From Thermoanaerobaculia bacterium (GTDB taxonomy: Bacteria; Acidobacteriota; Thermoanaerobaculia; Gp7-AA8): a DNA stretch of 64,000 nucleotides. The stretch spans positions 12,154 to 76,153 of the forward strand of contig DATELQ010000004.1 of the NCBI GenBank assembly GCA_035276475.1. The letters are read 5' to 3'. The notes below the pieces were generated by a model. It had not been told where the DNA came from and searched no databases. It worked only from the letters and a program-made list of their open reading frames with translations. Numbering within the stretch: the stretch's first letter is position 1; each line of letters begins with the position of its first letter. The position numbers and the translations under genes were made by a program. Of the stretch, positions 18,127 through 27,835 are shown piece after piece.

Positions 18127-18615
18127 ATGCGGCAGCCTCCGACTCTCCCGTCACTCTTGATCCTGCAGCGCTTCTTTCACGAACGGCGCGCATGCTCGAT
18201 CGCCGAGGCGGCGGACATCGTCGGGTACTCGACGGCGTGGGTGCGGAGGCGCGCGGAGCTCGACGGCATCGACCTCTCCGCCGGCAGCGTGCCTTGGGAG
18301 GACGTGATGCTCTGGTTCCTCCACGCCTGGCCGCTGCCGCTCGTCGAAGACGCCGTGCCGCGTGAAGCGCTCGTCTCGCTGCCAGCGCTATTGAGAACAA
18401 CGACCGTCACGTGGCGTCTTCCGCGCTACCTCGTGCGCGCACTCGACCGCCAGACGGAGTTGGAGAGCCTCCGCTCGAGCGATCGCCACGCGCTGACGGT
18501 CGAGCAATACGTGGCCGAGCAGCTCCACCTCGCCATCGATGACGACACCGTCGCCTCGCTGCGGGATGACGGCGGATTCATGGAGGCGTGGCTTTTCCCC
18601 GACGGCGCGACTTAA
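18127..18615 (+). CDS. hypothetical protein with putative HTH (excisionase-like) segment
   Basis: 'CSIAEAADIVGYSTAWVRRRAELDGI' helix-turn-helix-like; divergent from the XRE gene; start chosen inside ORF 17578..18615. Confidence 0.5.
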   Translation: MRQPPTLPSLLILQRFFHERRACSIAEAADIVGYSTAWVRRRAELDGIDLSAGSVPWEDVMLWFLHAWPLPLVEDAVPREALVSLPALLRTTTVTWRLPRYLVRALDRQTELESLRSSDRHALTVEQYVAEQLHLAIDDDTVASLRDDGGFMEAWLFPDGAT

Positions 18616-18623
18616 CATCGCGC

Positions 18624-19289
18624 ATGCGCCTGCTGCTCAACTCCAGCTCCAACGTTCACGGCTACGGCTACCTCGATCACGTCGAGCCGTTCCTACGCGA
18701 TTTCCTCGGCAACGCGCGCCGCATCGCCTTCGTGCCGTTCGCCGCGTTCGACCACGGCGCGTACGTCGCCAAGGTCCGCGACCGGCTGGCAAAGATCGGG
18801 CTCGAGGTCATCGGGATCGATCAGCTCGACCGCGCCGACGCGCTCTTCGTCGGCGGCGGGAACACCTTCCGCCTGCTGAAGAAGCTGCAGGAGACACGCC
18901 TCCTGGCCACGATCCGCGACGTCGTGCGCGGCGGCCTCCCCTACATCGGCTCGAGCGCCGGCAGCGTCATCGCCTGCCCGACGATCCGCACGACGAATGA
19001 CATGCCGATCGTGCAGCCGCCGTCGTTCGACTCCCTGGGCTTCCTCGACTTCCAGCTCAACTGCCACTACCTCGATCCCGATCCGGATTCGACGCACAAG
19101 GGCGAGACGCGCGAGGAGCGCATCCGCGAGTTCCACGAAGAGAACGCCGCACTCGTCCTCGGTTTGCGCGAGGGGACAATGCTCCGCGTCGAGGACGGCG
19201 CGATCACGCTGCAGGGCGAGAAGCACGCGCGCATCTTCCGGCAGGGACAGGAGCCGGTGGAGATGCCGCCGGGACGCTTGCAGCTATAG
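18624..19289 (+). CDS. pepE: peptidase E (S51 family dipeptidase)
   Basis: 'ALFVGGGNTFRLL' and 'YIGSSAGSVIA' S51 catalytic Ser region. Confidence 0.8.
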   Translation: MRLLLNSSSNVHGYGYLDHVEPFLRDFLGNARRIAFVPFAAFDHGAYVAKVRDRLAKIGLEVIGIDQLDRADALFVGGGNTFRLLKKLQETRLLATIRDVVRGGLPYIGSSAGSVIACPTIRTTNDMPIVQPPSFDSLGFLDFQLNCHYLDPDPDSTHKGETREERIREFHEENAALVLGLREGTMLRVEDGAITLQGEKHARIFRQGQEPVEMPPGRLQL

Positions 19290-20705
19290 CAGCATCCCGG
19301 CGATCGTCGCCGTCAGAAAATTCGCCAGCGTCCCCGCGAGCATCGCCCGCAATCCCAGCCGCGCCAGGTCGCCGCGCCGCGTCGGCGCGAGCGAGCCGAT
19401 GCCGCCGATCTGAATGGCGATCGACGAGAAGTTCGCGAAGCCGCAGAGCGCGTACGTCGTGATCACGAAGCTGCGCGGATCGAGCGCATTCGGGTTGGCC
19501 TTGACTATCTCGCCCAATCGCGCGAAGGCCACGAATTCGTTGAGCACCATGCGCGTGCCGAGAAGATTGCCGACGGTGACGACGTCCTTCGTGGCCACGC
19601 CCATGCACCATGCCACGGCCGCGAAGATGTAGCCGAGCACCACGTCGAGGCTGGGTGGGAACCATGACCAAAGATTGTGCACGTAGCCGAACATCCCGTT
19701 CACCAGCGCGACGAGGGCGATGAACGCGATCAGCATGGCCAGGACGTTGATCGACAGGTGCATCCCTTCGATCGCGCCGCGGCCGGCGGCGTCGATGATG
19801 TTGACGTCCTGCTTCGGCACGACGACCTCGACATCGCCGCCGGTCTTCGGCTTATCGACCTCGGGCACGATGATCTTGGACATCATGATCGCGCCCGGCG
19901 CCGTCATGATCACCGCCGTCAGAAGGTGAATGACGTCGACCTTTGCTACGAGCACGTACGCAGCCATGATGCCGCCGGAGATGTGGGCCATGCCGGCGGT
20001 CATGATGGTCATGAGCTCCGACATCGTCATCTCCGGCAGGAACGGCCGGATGGTCAGCGGCGCCTCGGTCTGTCCCATGAAGATCGAGGCCGCGACCGAG
20101 GTCGACTCGGCGCCCGACGCTCCCATGAAGCGGTTCATCATCTTGGCGAAGAACTTGACCACGATCTGCATCACGCCGAGGTAGTAGAGGATCGCGAAAA
20201 TCGAGGCGATGAAGATGATCGTCGGCAGCACCTGCGTGGCGAAGATGAAGAGCGGACCCTTGAACTCGCCAGCTGGATCGCCGAGCGGGCCGAAGACGAA
20301 TTTCGCGCCCTCCTGCGTGTAGCCGATCAGGTTGTTCACGACTCCCTTCAGCTTCTCGAACATGTACGCGAGAAGGTTGAAGGTGAGGAAGAGGTAGAGC
20401 GAAACGACGCCGAACGCGTACCAGATCGGCCGCCGCGCGGCGAGGGGCAGGCGGATGGCGACTTGATAGATGACGATGGCGAGGACGATGAAGACGATCG
20501 CCGCGCCGTAGCGCTCCAGCGGCAGCGCGACAGGCGTGAGCTTCTGCGCGATCCACCCGCCCTTCAGCACCGCGATGGCGATGAGGATCTGCAACGTTAG
20601 GCCCCAGAAGACCGTGCGCCAGCGAATGGCCCGCTTGTTGTTCGACAGCAGAAACGCGATACCGAGGATGACGACAAACCCGATCAGCGCGGAGAAACGC
20701 TCCAT
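19284..20705 (-). CDS. NupC/NupG-family concentrative nucleoside transporter
   Basis: Full-length CNT architecture; conserved 'GFANFSSIAIQIGG' C-terminal motif. Confidence 0.9.
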   Translation of the reverse strand: MERFSALIGFVVILGIAFLLSNNKRAIRWRTVFWGLTLQILIAIAVLKGGWIAQKLTPVALPLERYGAAIVFIVLAIVIYQVAIRLPLAARRPIWYAFGVVSLYLFLTFNLLAYMFEKLKGVVNNLIGYTQEGAKFVFGPLGDPAGEFKGPLFIFATQVLPTIIFIASIFAILYYLGVMQIVVKFFAKMMNRFMGASGAESTSVAASIFMGQTEAPLTIRPFLPEMTMSELMTIMTAGMAHISGGIMAAYVLVAKVDVIHLLTAVIMTAPGAIMMSKIIVPEVDKPKTGGDVEVVVPKQDVNIIDAAGRGAIEGMHLSINVLAMLIAFIALVALVNGMFGYVHNLWSWFPPSLDVVLGYIFAAVAWCMGVATKDVVTVGNLLGTRMVLNEFVAFARLGEIVKANPNALDPRSFVITTYALCGFANFSSIAIQIGGIGSLAPTRRGDLARLGLRAMLAGTLANFLTATIAGMLL

Positions 20706-20762
20706 GCAACACTCCCCCTCGAATCGTTGAATCTGGACCTGCGAAGCTTATACTGCGCCGCC

Positions 20763-21590
20763 ATGATCCAGAAGATCGATTCCGCGGTGGAGTTCGTCCG
20801 CTCGCGAACCGCACTGCAGCCGCGCGTCGGCCTTATTCTCGGCTCGGGCCTCGGCAACGTCGTCGAGGCCATCGACGTCGAGACCGCCATTCCCTACGGC
20901 GAGATCCCCGGCGCCAAGGCCTCCACGGTCCTCGGGCACTCCGGGCGCATGATCTTCGGCCACACGAACGGCTTGCCCGTCGTGGTCATGCAGGGGCGCG
21001 TGCACTTCTACGAAGGCTACGAGATGGACGAGGTCATGTTCCTCGCCCGCGTCATCGGCCGCCTCGGCATCAAGACGCTCGTCGTCACCAACGCCGCCGG
21101 CGGCATCAACACGTCCTATGTTGCCGGTGACCTGATGCTGATCTCCGATCACATCAATTTCATGGGCATGAATCCGCTGCGCGGCCCGAACATCGAGGAG
21201 CTCGGCGTCCGCTTCCCCGACATGAGCGACGCTTACGCCGAGGAGTTGCGCGCGATGGCGAAGGAAGTCGCGAAGGCGCAAGGCCTGGAGTTGAAGGAAG
21301 GCGTCTACCTCGCGCTCTCCGGCCCGACGTACGAGACGCCCGCGGAGATCCGCGCGTTCCGCGTGCTCGGCGCCGATGCCGTCGGCATGTCGACGGTCCC
21401 CGAGGTCATCGCCATGTCGCACATGAACATCCCGGTCCTCGGCATCTCCTGCATCACCAACATGGCCGCCGGCGTGTTCAAGCAGAAGCTGACGCACCAG
21501 GAAGTCATGGACACGACGGCGCGCGTGCAGAAGGAGTTCACCGCGCTGGTCCTCGGCGTGCTGCAGAAGCTCGGCGACTACAACCGCTGA
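20763..21590 (+). CDS. punA: purine nucleoside phosphorylase (PNP/MTAP family 2)
   Basis: 'GLILGSGLG','LSGPTYETPAEIR','GMSTVPEVI' motifs; divergent from NupC. Confidence 0.9.
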   Translation: MIQKIDSAVEFVRSRTALQPRVGLILGSGLGNVVEAIDVETAIPYGEIPGAKASTVLGHSGRMIFGHTNGLPVVVMQGRVHFYEGYEMDEVMFLARVIGRLGIKTLVVTNAAGGINTSYVAGDLMLISDHINFMGMNPLRGPNIEELGVRFPDMSDAYAEELRAMAKEVAKAQGLELKEGVYLALSGPTYETPAEIRAFRVLGADAVGMSTVPEVIAMSHMNIPVLGISCITNMAAGVFKQKLTHQEVMDTTARVQKEFTALVLGVLQKLGDYNR

Positions 21591-22447
21591 TCGACCGCCC
21601 CGGGCGGATAAAGCACGAAGATGCCGTCTTCGTAGACGATGTCGACGCCGGGCGTGTCGACGATGCGCGGCTTGGCGCCCCACGGCGCGTCGTAGGTGTC
21701 GAACTTCCGATCGGAGCCCGCGCTGGTGATGCGGTAGTGCTTGCGGTCGGAAGAAAACTCGAAGCGGAACGGCGTGCCCCACGGGTCGACGAACCGATGC
21801 TCCACCGGGCCGAAGAGCTCGCGCAGCTTCTCCGGATCGCGCTCCGTGGGATAGAGATCGCCATGTCCCACCGCGTAGACGTCGAGCTCGATCGCCAGCA
21901 TGCGCATGTCGGCGGCGGCAGCGCGGGCGGGGTTCGATTTCAGCAGTTCCTCCCGCTCGACCTGCTGGCGCGCCGCGCGAAGGCGGCTGCCGAAAAACTC
22001 CGTCGCGCGGATCTGCTCGTAGAGGCGGAACTGCGCGTCCCGGGCGATCATCTTCTGCCCGAGCGGCGTCCGGTAAAAGGCGATCATCTGCCGCAGCTCG
22101 TCGTCGGTCCACCCGTCGCCGTAAAGCGGCGCATAGATGTACCACGCCGCCTCGTCGAGGTCGGCGTCCTGCACGGTGAGCTCGAACAGCCGCTTGTACA
22201 TCCGGTTCTGAACCTCGGAGGCGCGGTTGAGCGACGCCTGGGCCTTGGCGGAATCGAGGGCGTCGTCCGCGGGGATGGCAGGCATCGACTGGTAGTTGTT
22301 GAAGCTGAGCACCGTGCGGATCACATCGCGCGCCCGCTGCCGCGCGTTCGTCACTTGCAACAGCTCCCGCACGAGCGGCTCCTGGGCCGGGCTGACCTTC
22401 GGCGGCGTCAGAAGCACCTGCGCGAGCATCGCCGCCGCTAGAATCAT
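21578..22447 (-). CDS. hypothetical secreted protein
   Basis: N-terminal signal peptide MILAAAMLAQVLL; no confident family. Confidence 0.55.
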   Translation of the reverse strand: MILAAAMLAQVLLTPPKVSPAQEPLVRELLQVTNARQRARDVIRTVLSFNNYQSMPAIPADDALDSAKAQASLNRASEVQNRMYKRLFELTVQDADLDEAAWYIYAPLYGDGWTDDELRQMIAFYRTPLGQKMIARDAQFRLYEQIRATEFFGSRLRAARQQVEREELLKSNPARAAAADMRMLAIELDVYAVGHGDLYPTERDPEKLRELFGPVEHRFVDPWGTPFRFEFSSDRKHYRITSAGSDRKFDTYDAPWGAKPRIVDTPGVDIVYEDGIFVLYPPGAVDQRL

Positions 22448-22460
22448 TCCCGGTGCTCCA

Positions 22461-22835
22461 TCATCGCCTTCCTAATACCACGCCGAGCTGCACCGCGGCG
22501 TAGCCGGCGACGACGGAGGTCAGGACGTTGACGAGCGCCCAGCCGAACGCGCCCGTCGTCGTCAGGCGCTGCGTCTCGTACTCGAAGGTCGAAAACGTCG
22601 TGTACGCGCCGACGAAGCCGGTGGCGACGAGGAGGCGCATCATCGGGGTGATGCTCATCCGCTCCGTCGCGAGCGTGAGGAAGAGCCCGAGGATGAAGCA
22701 GCCGCTGACGTTGACGAGGAAGGTGGCCAGCGGGAAGTCGCGGCGCCAGAAGGTTTCGATCCAGACGCCGACGGCGTAGCGCGCGACCGCGCCGAGGAAG
22801 CCGCCGGCACCGACGACGAGGCAACGCGCTATCAT
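22461..22835 (-). CDS. crcB: fluoride ion channel CrcB/FluC
   Basis: 'GGFLGAVARY','ATFLVNVSGCFILG','GFVGAYTTFSTF' CrcB motifs; start chosen inside ORF 22461..23486. Confidence 0.8.
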   Translation of the reverse strand: MIARCLVVGAGGFLGAVARYAVGVWIETFWRRDFPLATFLVNVSGCFILGLFLTLATERMSITPMMRLLVATGFVGAYTTFSTFEYETQRLTTTGAFGWALVNVLTSVVAGYAAVQLGVVLGRR

Positions 22836-22850
22836 GACTCGGCCCACACG

Positions 22851-23561
22851 ATGATTCACTTTTACCACGTCACGAAGCGCTTCGACCGCAACTCGACCGC
22901 GCTTCACGACGTGACGTTCCACATCGACAAGGGCGAGTTCGCCTTCCTCACCGGGCCGAGCGGCGCCGGGAAGTCGACGCTGCTGAAGCTGATCCTGCGG
23001 CAGATCCGGCCGACCGACGGGCAGATCGTCGTGAACGGCCGCAATCTCAACGCCATGAAGCGCGCGCAGCTGCCGTTCTTCCGCCGCGAGATCGGGATGG
23101 TGTTCCAGGATTTCAAGCTGATCGAGCGGATGACGGTGTTCGAGAATCTCTCCTTCATTCTCACGGTCCTCGGCGTGCCGCCGAAGGAGCACAAGAAGAA
23201 GGCGTACGGCGCGCTGCGCACGGTGAGCCTGCATCACAAGTTGAACGCGTATCCGCCGCAGCTCTCCGGCGGCGAGCAGCAGCGCGTGGCGGTGGCGCGC
23301 GCGCTGATCAACGATCCGCTGGTGCTCATCGCCGACGAGCCGACCGGAAATCTCGATCCCGATCTCTCCGCGGAGATCCTGGAGATTTTCAACGGCGCGA
23401 ACCTGCGCGGGTCGACGGTGCTGATCGCCACGCACGACCGCGAGGTGATCCAGCGCAGCGGCCGCCGCGTGATCGCGCTCGACCACGGCCGCATCACCGA
23501 CGAGAAGCCGGCCGCGCCGGAGCGCACCGCGCGCGCCGGCGGCCTGTTCGGGATCGGTTGA
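22851..23561 (+). CDS. ftsE: cell division ATP-binding protein FtsE
   Basis: Walker A 'GPSGAGKST', signature 'LSGGEQQRVAVARAL', Walker B 'LIADEPTGNLD'. Confidence 0.9.
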   Translation: MIHFYHVTKRFDRNSTALHDVTFHIDKGEFAFLTGPSGAGKSTLLKLILRQIRPTDGQIVVNGRNLNAMKRAQLPFFRREIGMVFQDFKLIERMTVFENLSFILTVLGVPPKEHKKKAYGALRTVSLHHKLNAYPPQLSGGEQQRVAVARALINDPLVLIADEPTGNLDPDLSAEILEIFNGANLRGSTVLIATHDREVIQRSGRRVIALDHGRITDEKPAAPERTARAGGLFGIG

Positions 23562-24484
23562 TGCCGCGCGACGCCGAGACCCCGCGCAGCACGGTCGGCT
23601 ATTTTTTCCGCGAGGCGCTGCGCCGGCTCTGGGTGTCGAAGCGGACGAGCTTCATGGCCGTGGCCATGATCGCGATCTCGCTCCTGATCCTCGGCGCGTT
23701 CTTGCTGTTGTCCGAGAATCTCTCGCGCGCGGTGACGCGCTGGCAGGGCTCGTCGCGCGTGACGGTGTATCTCGACGCCGACGCCACGCCGGCGCAGACG
23801 CGCGACGTGGAGCTGTTCCTGGCGTCGCACCGCGACTTCGGCGCGCACCGCTTCGTGACGAAGGAGGAGGCGCTGGCGCGCTTCAAGTCGTACTTCACGA
23901 ATCTCAACGAGGTGGTGGGCGAGCTCGAGGAGAATCCCTTCCCCGCCTCGTTCGAGTGCACGGTATCGCCGCGCACGGCGCAGTCGTCTCTCTTTGCCCG
24001 TGAGGTTTCGGACCTCCGGGCGATCCCCGGCGTCGATCAGGTGCAGCTCGATTGGGATTGGGTGCGCCGCCTCCGCCGCCTCGTCGACGTGGTGAACGCG
24101 GCGGGTTTCGTCGCCGGCGGGATTCTGGCGATCGCCGCGGCGTTCACGATCGCGAACGTGATCCGCCTGACGATGATGCTCTATCGCGAGGAGATCGAGA
24201 TCATGCGGTTAGTGGGCGCGACGGAGCGCATCATCCGCGGCCCGTTCCTGATCGAGGGGCTGCTGCAAGGGACGCTCGGCGCCTTCGTGGCCATCGCGCT
24301 GCTCTTCGGATCGTACGAGCTGGCGCGGCGGCTGATCCCCCCCGCGAGCTCGCTGCTATGGGGGTTTCTGTTCGCAGGGTTCCTGCCGTGGCAGAAGATC
24401 GCTGGGCTTGTTGCGGGCGGCATGCTGGCCGGCTGGCTCGGGAGTTGGATCTCGGTGAGGGAACGAACCGAAGAGGCAGCGTAG
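23561..24484 (+). CDS. ftsX: cell division permease FtsX
   Basis: Follows ftsE with start/stop overlap; FtsX topology (TM, periplasmic loop, three C-terminal TMs); TTG alternative start at 23558. Confidence 0.85.
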   Translation: MPRDAETPRSTVGYFFREALRRLWVSKRTSFMAVAMIAISLLILGAFLLLSENLSRAVTRWQGSSRVTVYLDADATPAQTRDVELFLASHRDFGAHRFVTKEEALARFKSYFTNLNEVVGELEENPFPASFECTVSPRTAQSSLFAREVSDLRAIPGVDQVQLDWDWVRRLRRLVDVVNAAGFVAGGILAIAAAFTIANVIRLTMMLYREEIEIMRLVGATERIIRGPFLIEGLLQGTLGAFVAIALLFGSYELARRLIPPASSLLWGFLFAGFLPWQKIAGLVAGGMLAGWLGSWISVRERTEEAA

Positions 24485-24496
24485 AATTCGCCGCCG

Positions 24497-26155
24497 ATGC
24501 GAATCGTCGAATGCGTTCCGAACATCTCCGAGGGCCGGCGGCCGGAGATCTACCACGAAGTTGCCAACGCGGCGAGGTCGGCGCCGGGGGTCACCTTGTT
24601 GAACGTCGATCCGGGGGCGGACACGAACCGCACCGTCATCACGTTCGTTGGGGAGCCGGATGCCGTCTTGGAAGGCGCGTTCCGGCTCGTGAAGAAGGGC
24701 GTCGAGCTGATCGACATGTCCTCGCATCGCGGCGCGCATCCGCGTATCGGTGCGGTTGACGTCGTGCCGTTCATCCCCGTTGCGAATGTGAGCATGGATG
24801 ATTGCGTCGAGCTCGCGCGGAAGCTCGGGGAGCGCGTCGGGAAAGAGCTCAACGTCCCGGTCTTCCTCTACGAATACGCGTGCAGCGCGCCGCACCGGCG
24901 CAACCTCGCAGACATCCGTGAAGGCGAGTACGAAGGCTGCGCGAAGAAGCTCCTCGATCCGCGCTGGCGGCCGGACTTCGGCCCCGCGGAGTTCGTGCCG
25001 CGCACCGGCGCGATCGTCATCGGCGCGCGCAAGTTCCTCGTCGCCTACAACGTCAACCTCAACACCCTCGACAAGCGCCTGGCCACGCGCGTCGCCTTCG
25101 ACGTCCGCGAGCGCGGGCGGATGAAGCGCGACGACGACGGCAACCCCGTCCTCGACGCCAAGGGCGAACCGGTGTGGGAACCGGGCATTCTGAAGTCCGT
25201 CAAGGCCGTCGGCTGGGTCATCCCGGAGTTCGGCTGCGCGCAGGTCTCGATCAATCTGACCGACCTCGACGTCACGCCGCTCCACGTCGCCTTCGACGCC
25301 TGCGACGAGCGTGCGCGCGAGCGCGGACTGCGCGTCACCGGCTCCGAGATCGTCGGCCTCGTGCCGCGCTCCGTGCTGCTCGACGCCGGGCGGCACTACC
25401 TCGCGAAGATGGGCCGCCCGACCGGCGTCCCCGAGGCGGCGCTGATGCACAGCGCGATCCGCAGCCTCGGGCTCAACGAGGTCAAGCCGTTCGATGCCAA
25501 CGAGCGCGTCATCGAATACCGGCTCGCGACCAAGCCGCGCCTCGCCTCGATGAGCGTCCGCGACTTCGTCGACGAGCTCTCCAGCGACGCGCCGGCGCCG
25601 GGCGGCGGCTCCGTCTCCGCGCTCGCCGCGTCGATGGGCGCCGCGCTCGCGGCGATGGTCGCGGTGCTGTCGCACACGAAAAAAGGCTTCGAGTCGAAGC
25701 ACGCAGAGCTCGACCGCATCGCCGTGCGCGCGCAGGAGCTGAAGGACAAGTTCCTCGCTGCCGTCGACGCCGACACCGCGGCGTTCGATCAACTCCTCGA
25801 GTCATTCCGCATCCCGAAGGACGATCCGAACCGCGACGCCGCCATCGAAGCGGCGACGATCGGCGCAGCCGAGGTGCCGCTGTCGGTGCTGGAAGGGTGC
25901 GCGGAGGTCATCGAGCTCTGTCGCGACGTCGCCCGCATCGGGCTGCAGGCGTCGCTGTCGGACGCCGGCGTCGGCGCGCAGGTCGCGCGCGCCGCGGCCG
26001 CGGGGGCGTATCAGAACGTCTGCATCAACCTTGCGGGGGTGAAGGAGCGCGGGGCGCTGCTGCAGCGGGCGGACCAAGCTTGGGAGCAGTCACGCGCGCT
26101 GCACGAATTGGCCGAGCGCGAGATTTTGGATTCTCTGCGTTTATCCCTCGCGTAG
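24497..26155 (+). CDS. ftcD: glutamate formimidoyltransferase / formiminotetrahydrofolate cyclodeaminase (bifunctional FTCD-like)
   Basis: N-terminal 'IVECVPNISEGR' formiminotransferase start; C-terminal cyclodeaminase domain. Confidence 0.85.
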   Translation: MRIVECVPNISEGRRPEIYHEVANAARSAPGVTLLNVDPGADTNRTVITFVGEPDAVLEGAFRLVKKGVELIDMSSHRGAHPRIGAVDVVPFIPVANVSMDDCVELARKLGERVGKELNVPVFLYEYACSAPHRRNLADIREGEYEGCAKKLLDPRWRPDFGPAEFVPRTGAIVIGARKFLVAYNVNLNTLDKRLATRVAFDVRERGRMKRDDDGNPVLDAKGEPVWEPGILKSVKAVGWVIPEFGCAQVSINLTDLDVTPLHVAFDACDERARERGLRVTGSEIVGLVPRSVLLDAGRHYLAKMGRPTGVPEAALMHSAIRSLGLNEVKPFDANERVIEYRLATKPRLASMSVRDFVDELSSDAPAPGGGSVSALAASMGAALAAMVAVLSHTKKGFESKHAELDRIAVRAQELKDKFLAAVDADTAAFDQLLESFRIPKDDPNRDAAIEAATIGAAEVPLSVLEGCAEVIELCRDVARIGLQASLSDAGVGAQVARAAAAGAYQNVCINLAGVKERGALLQRADQAWEQSRALHELAEREILDSLRLSLA

Positions 26156-26168
26156 ACGAGGGATCATC
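26141..26168. repeat. left 28-bp terminal inverted repeat / hairpin (ttatccctcgcgtagacgagggatcatc) spanning ftcD stop
   Basis: Reverse complement matches the 26485..26512 copy with one mismatch; internal 7-bp stem tccctcg/cgaggga. Confidence 0.7.
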
Positions 26169-26180
26169 CATTACACCGCG

Positions 26181-26489
26181 ATGACGAAGCCATGGGCGGT
26201 CTACATCATGAGCAACGCCGCGCACACGCTGTACACCGGCATCACGAATGACCTGCCGCGGCGTGTGCAAGAGCACAAACAACGCAAGTTCGCGAATGCC
26301 TTCACCGCGCGGTACACGTTCACTCGACTCGTCTGGTATGAATTCGTCGAGTCGCAGGAAGATGCGGCGGCGCGAGAGAAGCAGATCAAGCGATGGACAC
26401 GGGCGAGACGAGTCGCACTGATTCAAAAGATGGATCCGAACTGGAGCGATCTGACTCCGTCGGTTTGTGAGCTGTTGATGCTCAGATGA
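26181..26489 (+). CDS. GIY-YIG nuclease family protein (YhbQ/Slx1-like small endonuclease)
   Basis: 'VYIMSNAAHTLYTGITNDLPRRVQEHK' GIY-YIG motif, 'REKQIKRWTRARRVALI' C-terminal conserved segment. Confidence 0.8.
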   Translation: MTKPWAVYIMSNAAHTLYTGITNDLPRRVQEHKQRKFANAFTARYTFTRLVWYEFVESQEDAAAREKQIKRWTRARRVALIQKMDPNWSDLTPSVCELLMLR

Positions 26490-26512
26490 TCCCTCGTCTT
26501 CGCGAGGGATAA
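26485..26512. repeat. right 28-bp terminal inverted repeat / hairpin (gatgatccctcgtcttcgcgagggataa)
   Basis: Inverted copy of 26141..26168; also serves as terminator hairpin before convergent hemL stop. Confidence 0.7.
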
Positions 26513-26519
26513 ACTGCAT

Positions 26520-27809
26520 TCACTTCTCAAACTCCCAAGCAATCTTCTTGAGCACCCGGTCCACCCGCTCGATCATCTGCAAAATGTCCTTCTTCGCGTG
26601 CGCGGCGGAGAAGAACGCCGCCTCGAGCTGGGAGGGGGGGAGATACACCCCCTCGCCGAGCATCAGGTGGAAAAAGCGCGCGAACTTCTCGCGGTTCGAG
26701 CGGTTCGCCGATTCGAAATCCGTCACCGGACCGTCGTTGAAGAAAATCGTCCACATCGAGCCGACGCGGTTCATCGTCAGGGCCACGCCGTGCTTCTCCG
26801 CGGCCGCCCGCACCCCCGCCTCGAACTCGCCGCTGCGCTCCTCGAGGTCGGCGTAGATCGACGAGTTCTTCAGAACGCTCAACGTCGCGCGGCCGGCGGC
26901 CACCGCAACGGGATTACCGGACAACGTTCCGGCCTGGTACATCGGCCCGAGCGGCGACACCATCTCCATCAGCGCGCGCGAGGCGCCGTAGGCGCCGATC
27001 GGCATCCCTCCGCCGATGATCTTCCCGAGCGTCGTGATGTCGGGCCGGATCCCGTAGAGCTGCTGCGCGCCGCCGTACGAGACGCGGAAGCCGGTCATCA
27101 CCTCGTCGAGGATCAGCAGCGCGCCCTTCTCGTCGCAGACCTGCCGCAGCCCCTGCAGAAACCCTTCGGCCGGCGGCACGCAGCCCATGTTCCCCGCCAC
27201 CGGCTCGACGATGATCGCCGCCACGTCGCTGTCCATCGCGTCGCGCACCGCTTGCAGGTCGTTGTACGGCACGCTCACCGTCAGATTCGTAACCTCGGCC
27301 GGCACGCCCGCGGAGTCGGGATGGTTGAACGTCGCGGCGCCGGAGCCGGCCTTCACCAGCAGCGAGTCGACGTGGCCGTGGTAGCCGCCGTCGAACTTCA
27401 TGATCTTCTTCCTCCCGGTCGCCGCGCGCGCCAGCCGCAGCGCGCTCATCGTCGCCTCGGTTCCGGAATTGACGAGGCGCAGCATCTCGATCGACGGCAC
27501 GGCTTGGATGATCATCTCCGCCAGCTCGATCTCGCCGAGCGTCGGCGCGCCGAACGAGAAGCCGCGCGTGGCCGCCTTCTTCACCGCCTCGACGACGTAG
27601 CGGTGGCAATGCCCGAGGATCATCGGGCCCCACGAGCCGACGCAGTCGATGTATTGAAGGTTGTCGGCGTCGAAGATGCGCGATCCCTGAGCCATCTCGA
27701 TGAACGGCGGGACGCCGCCGACGCCGCGGAACGCGCGGACCGGAGAGTTGACGCCGCCCGGGATGACTTCCTGGGCGCGCTGGAAGAGAGCTTCGGAGTG
27801 TTTGGCCAT
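26520..27809 (-). CDS. hemL: glutamate-1-semialdehyde 2,1-aminomutase
   Basis: Class III aminotransferase; 'DEVMTGFR' PLP-lysine region; full-length match to HemL. Confidence 0.95.
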   Translation of the reverse strand: MAKHSEALFQRAQEVIPGGVNSPVRAFRGVGGVPPFIEMAQGSRIFDADNLQYIDCVGSWGPMILGHCHRYVVEAVKKAATRGFSFGAPTLGEIELAEMIIQAVPSIEMLRLVNSGTEATMSALRLARAATGRKKIMKFDGGYHGHVDSLLVKAGSGAATFNHPDSAGVPAEVTNLTVSVPYNDLQAVRDAMDSDVAAIIVEPVAGNMGCVPPAEGFLQGLRQVCDEKGALLILDEVMTGFRVSYGGAQQLYGIRPDITTLGKIIGGGMPIGAYGASRALMEMVSPLGPMYQAGTLSGNPVAVAAGRATLSVLKNSSIYADLEERSGEFEAGVRAAAEKHGVALTMNRVGSMWTIFFNDGPVTDFESANRSNREKFARFFHLMLGEGVYLPPSQLEAAFFSAAHAKKDILQMIERVDRVLKKIAWEFEK

Positions 27810-27835
27810 GAGGGGCGCGATTATACGAAGCCGGT

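Noticed and set aside
22835-22851. Fluoride riboswitch upstream of crcB
   Set aside because: Only ~15 bp separate crcB from the divergent ftsE start. No room for a ~60-nt crcB motif RNA.
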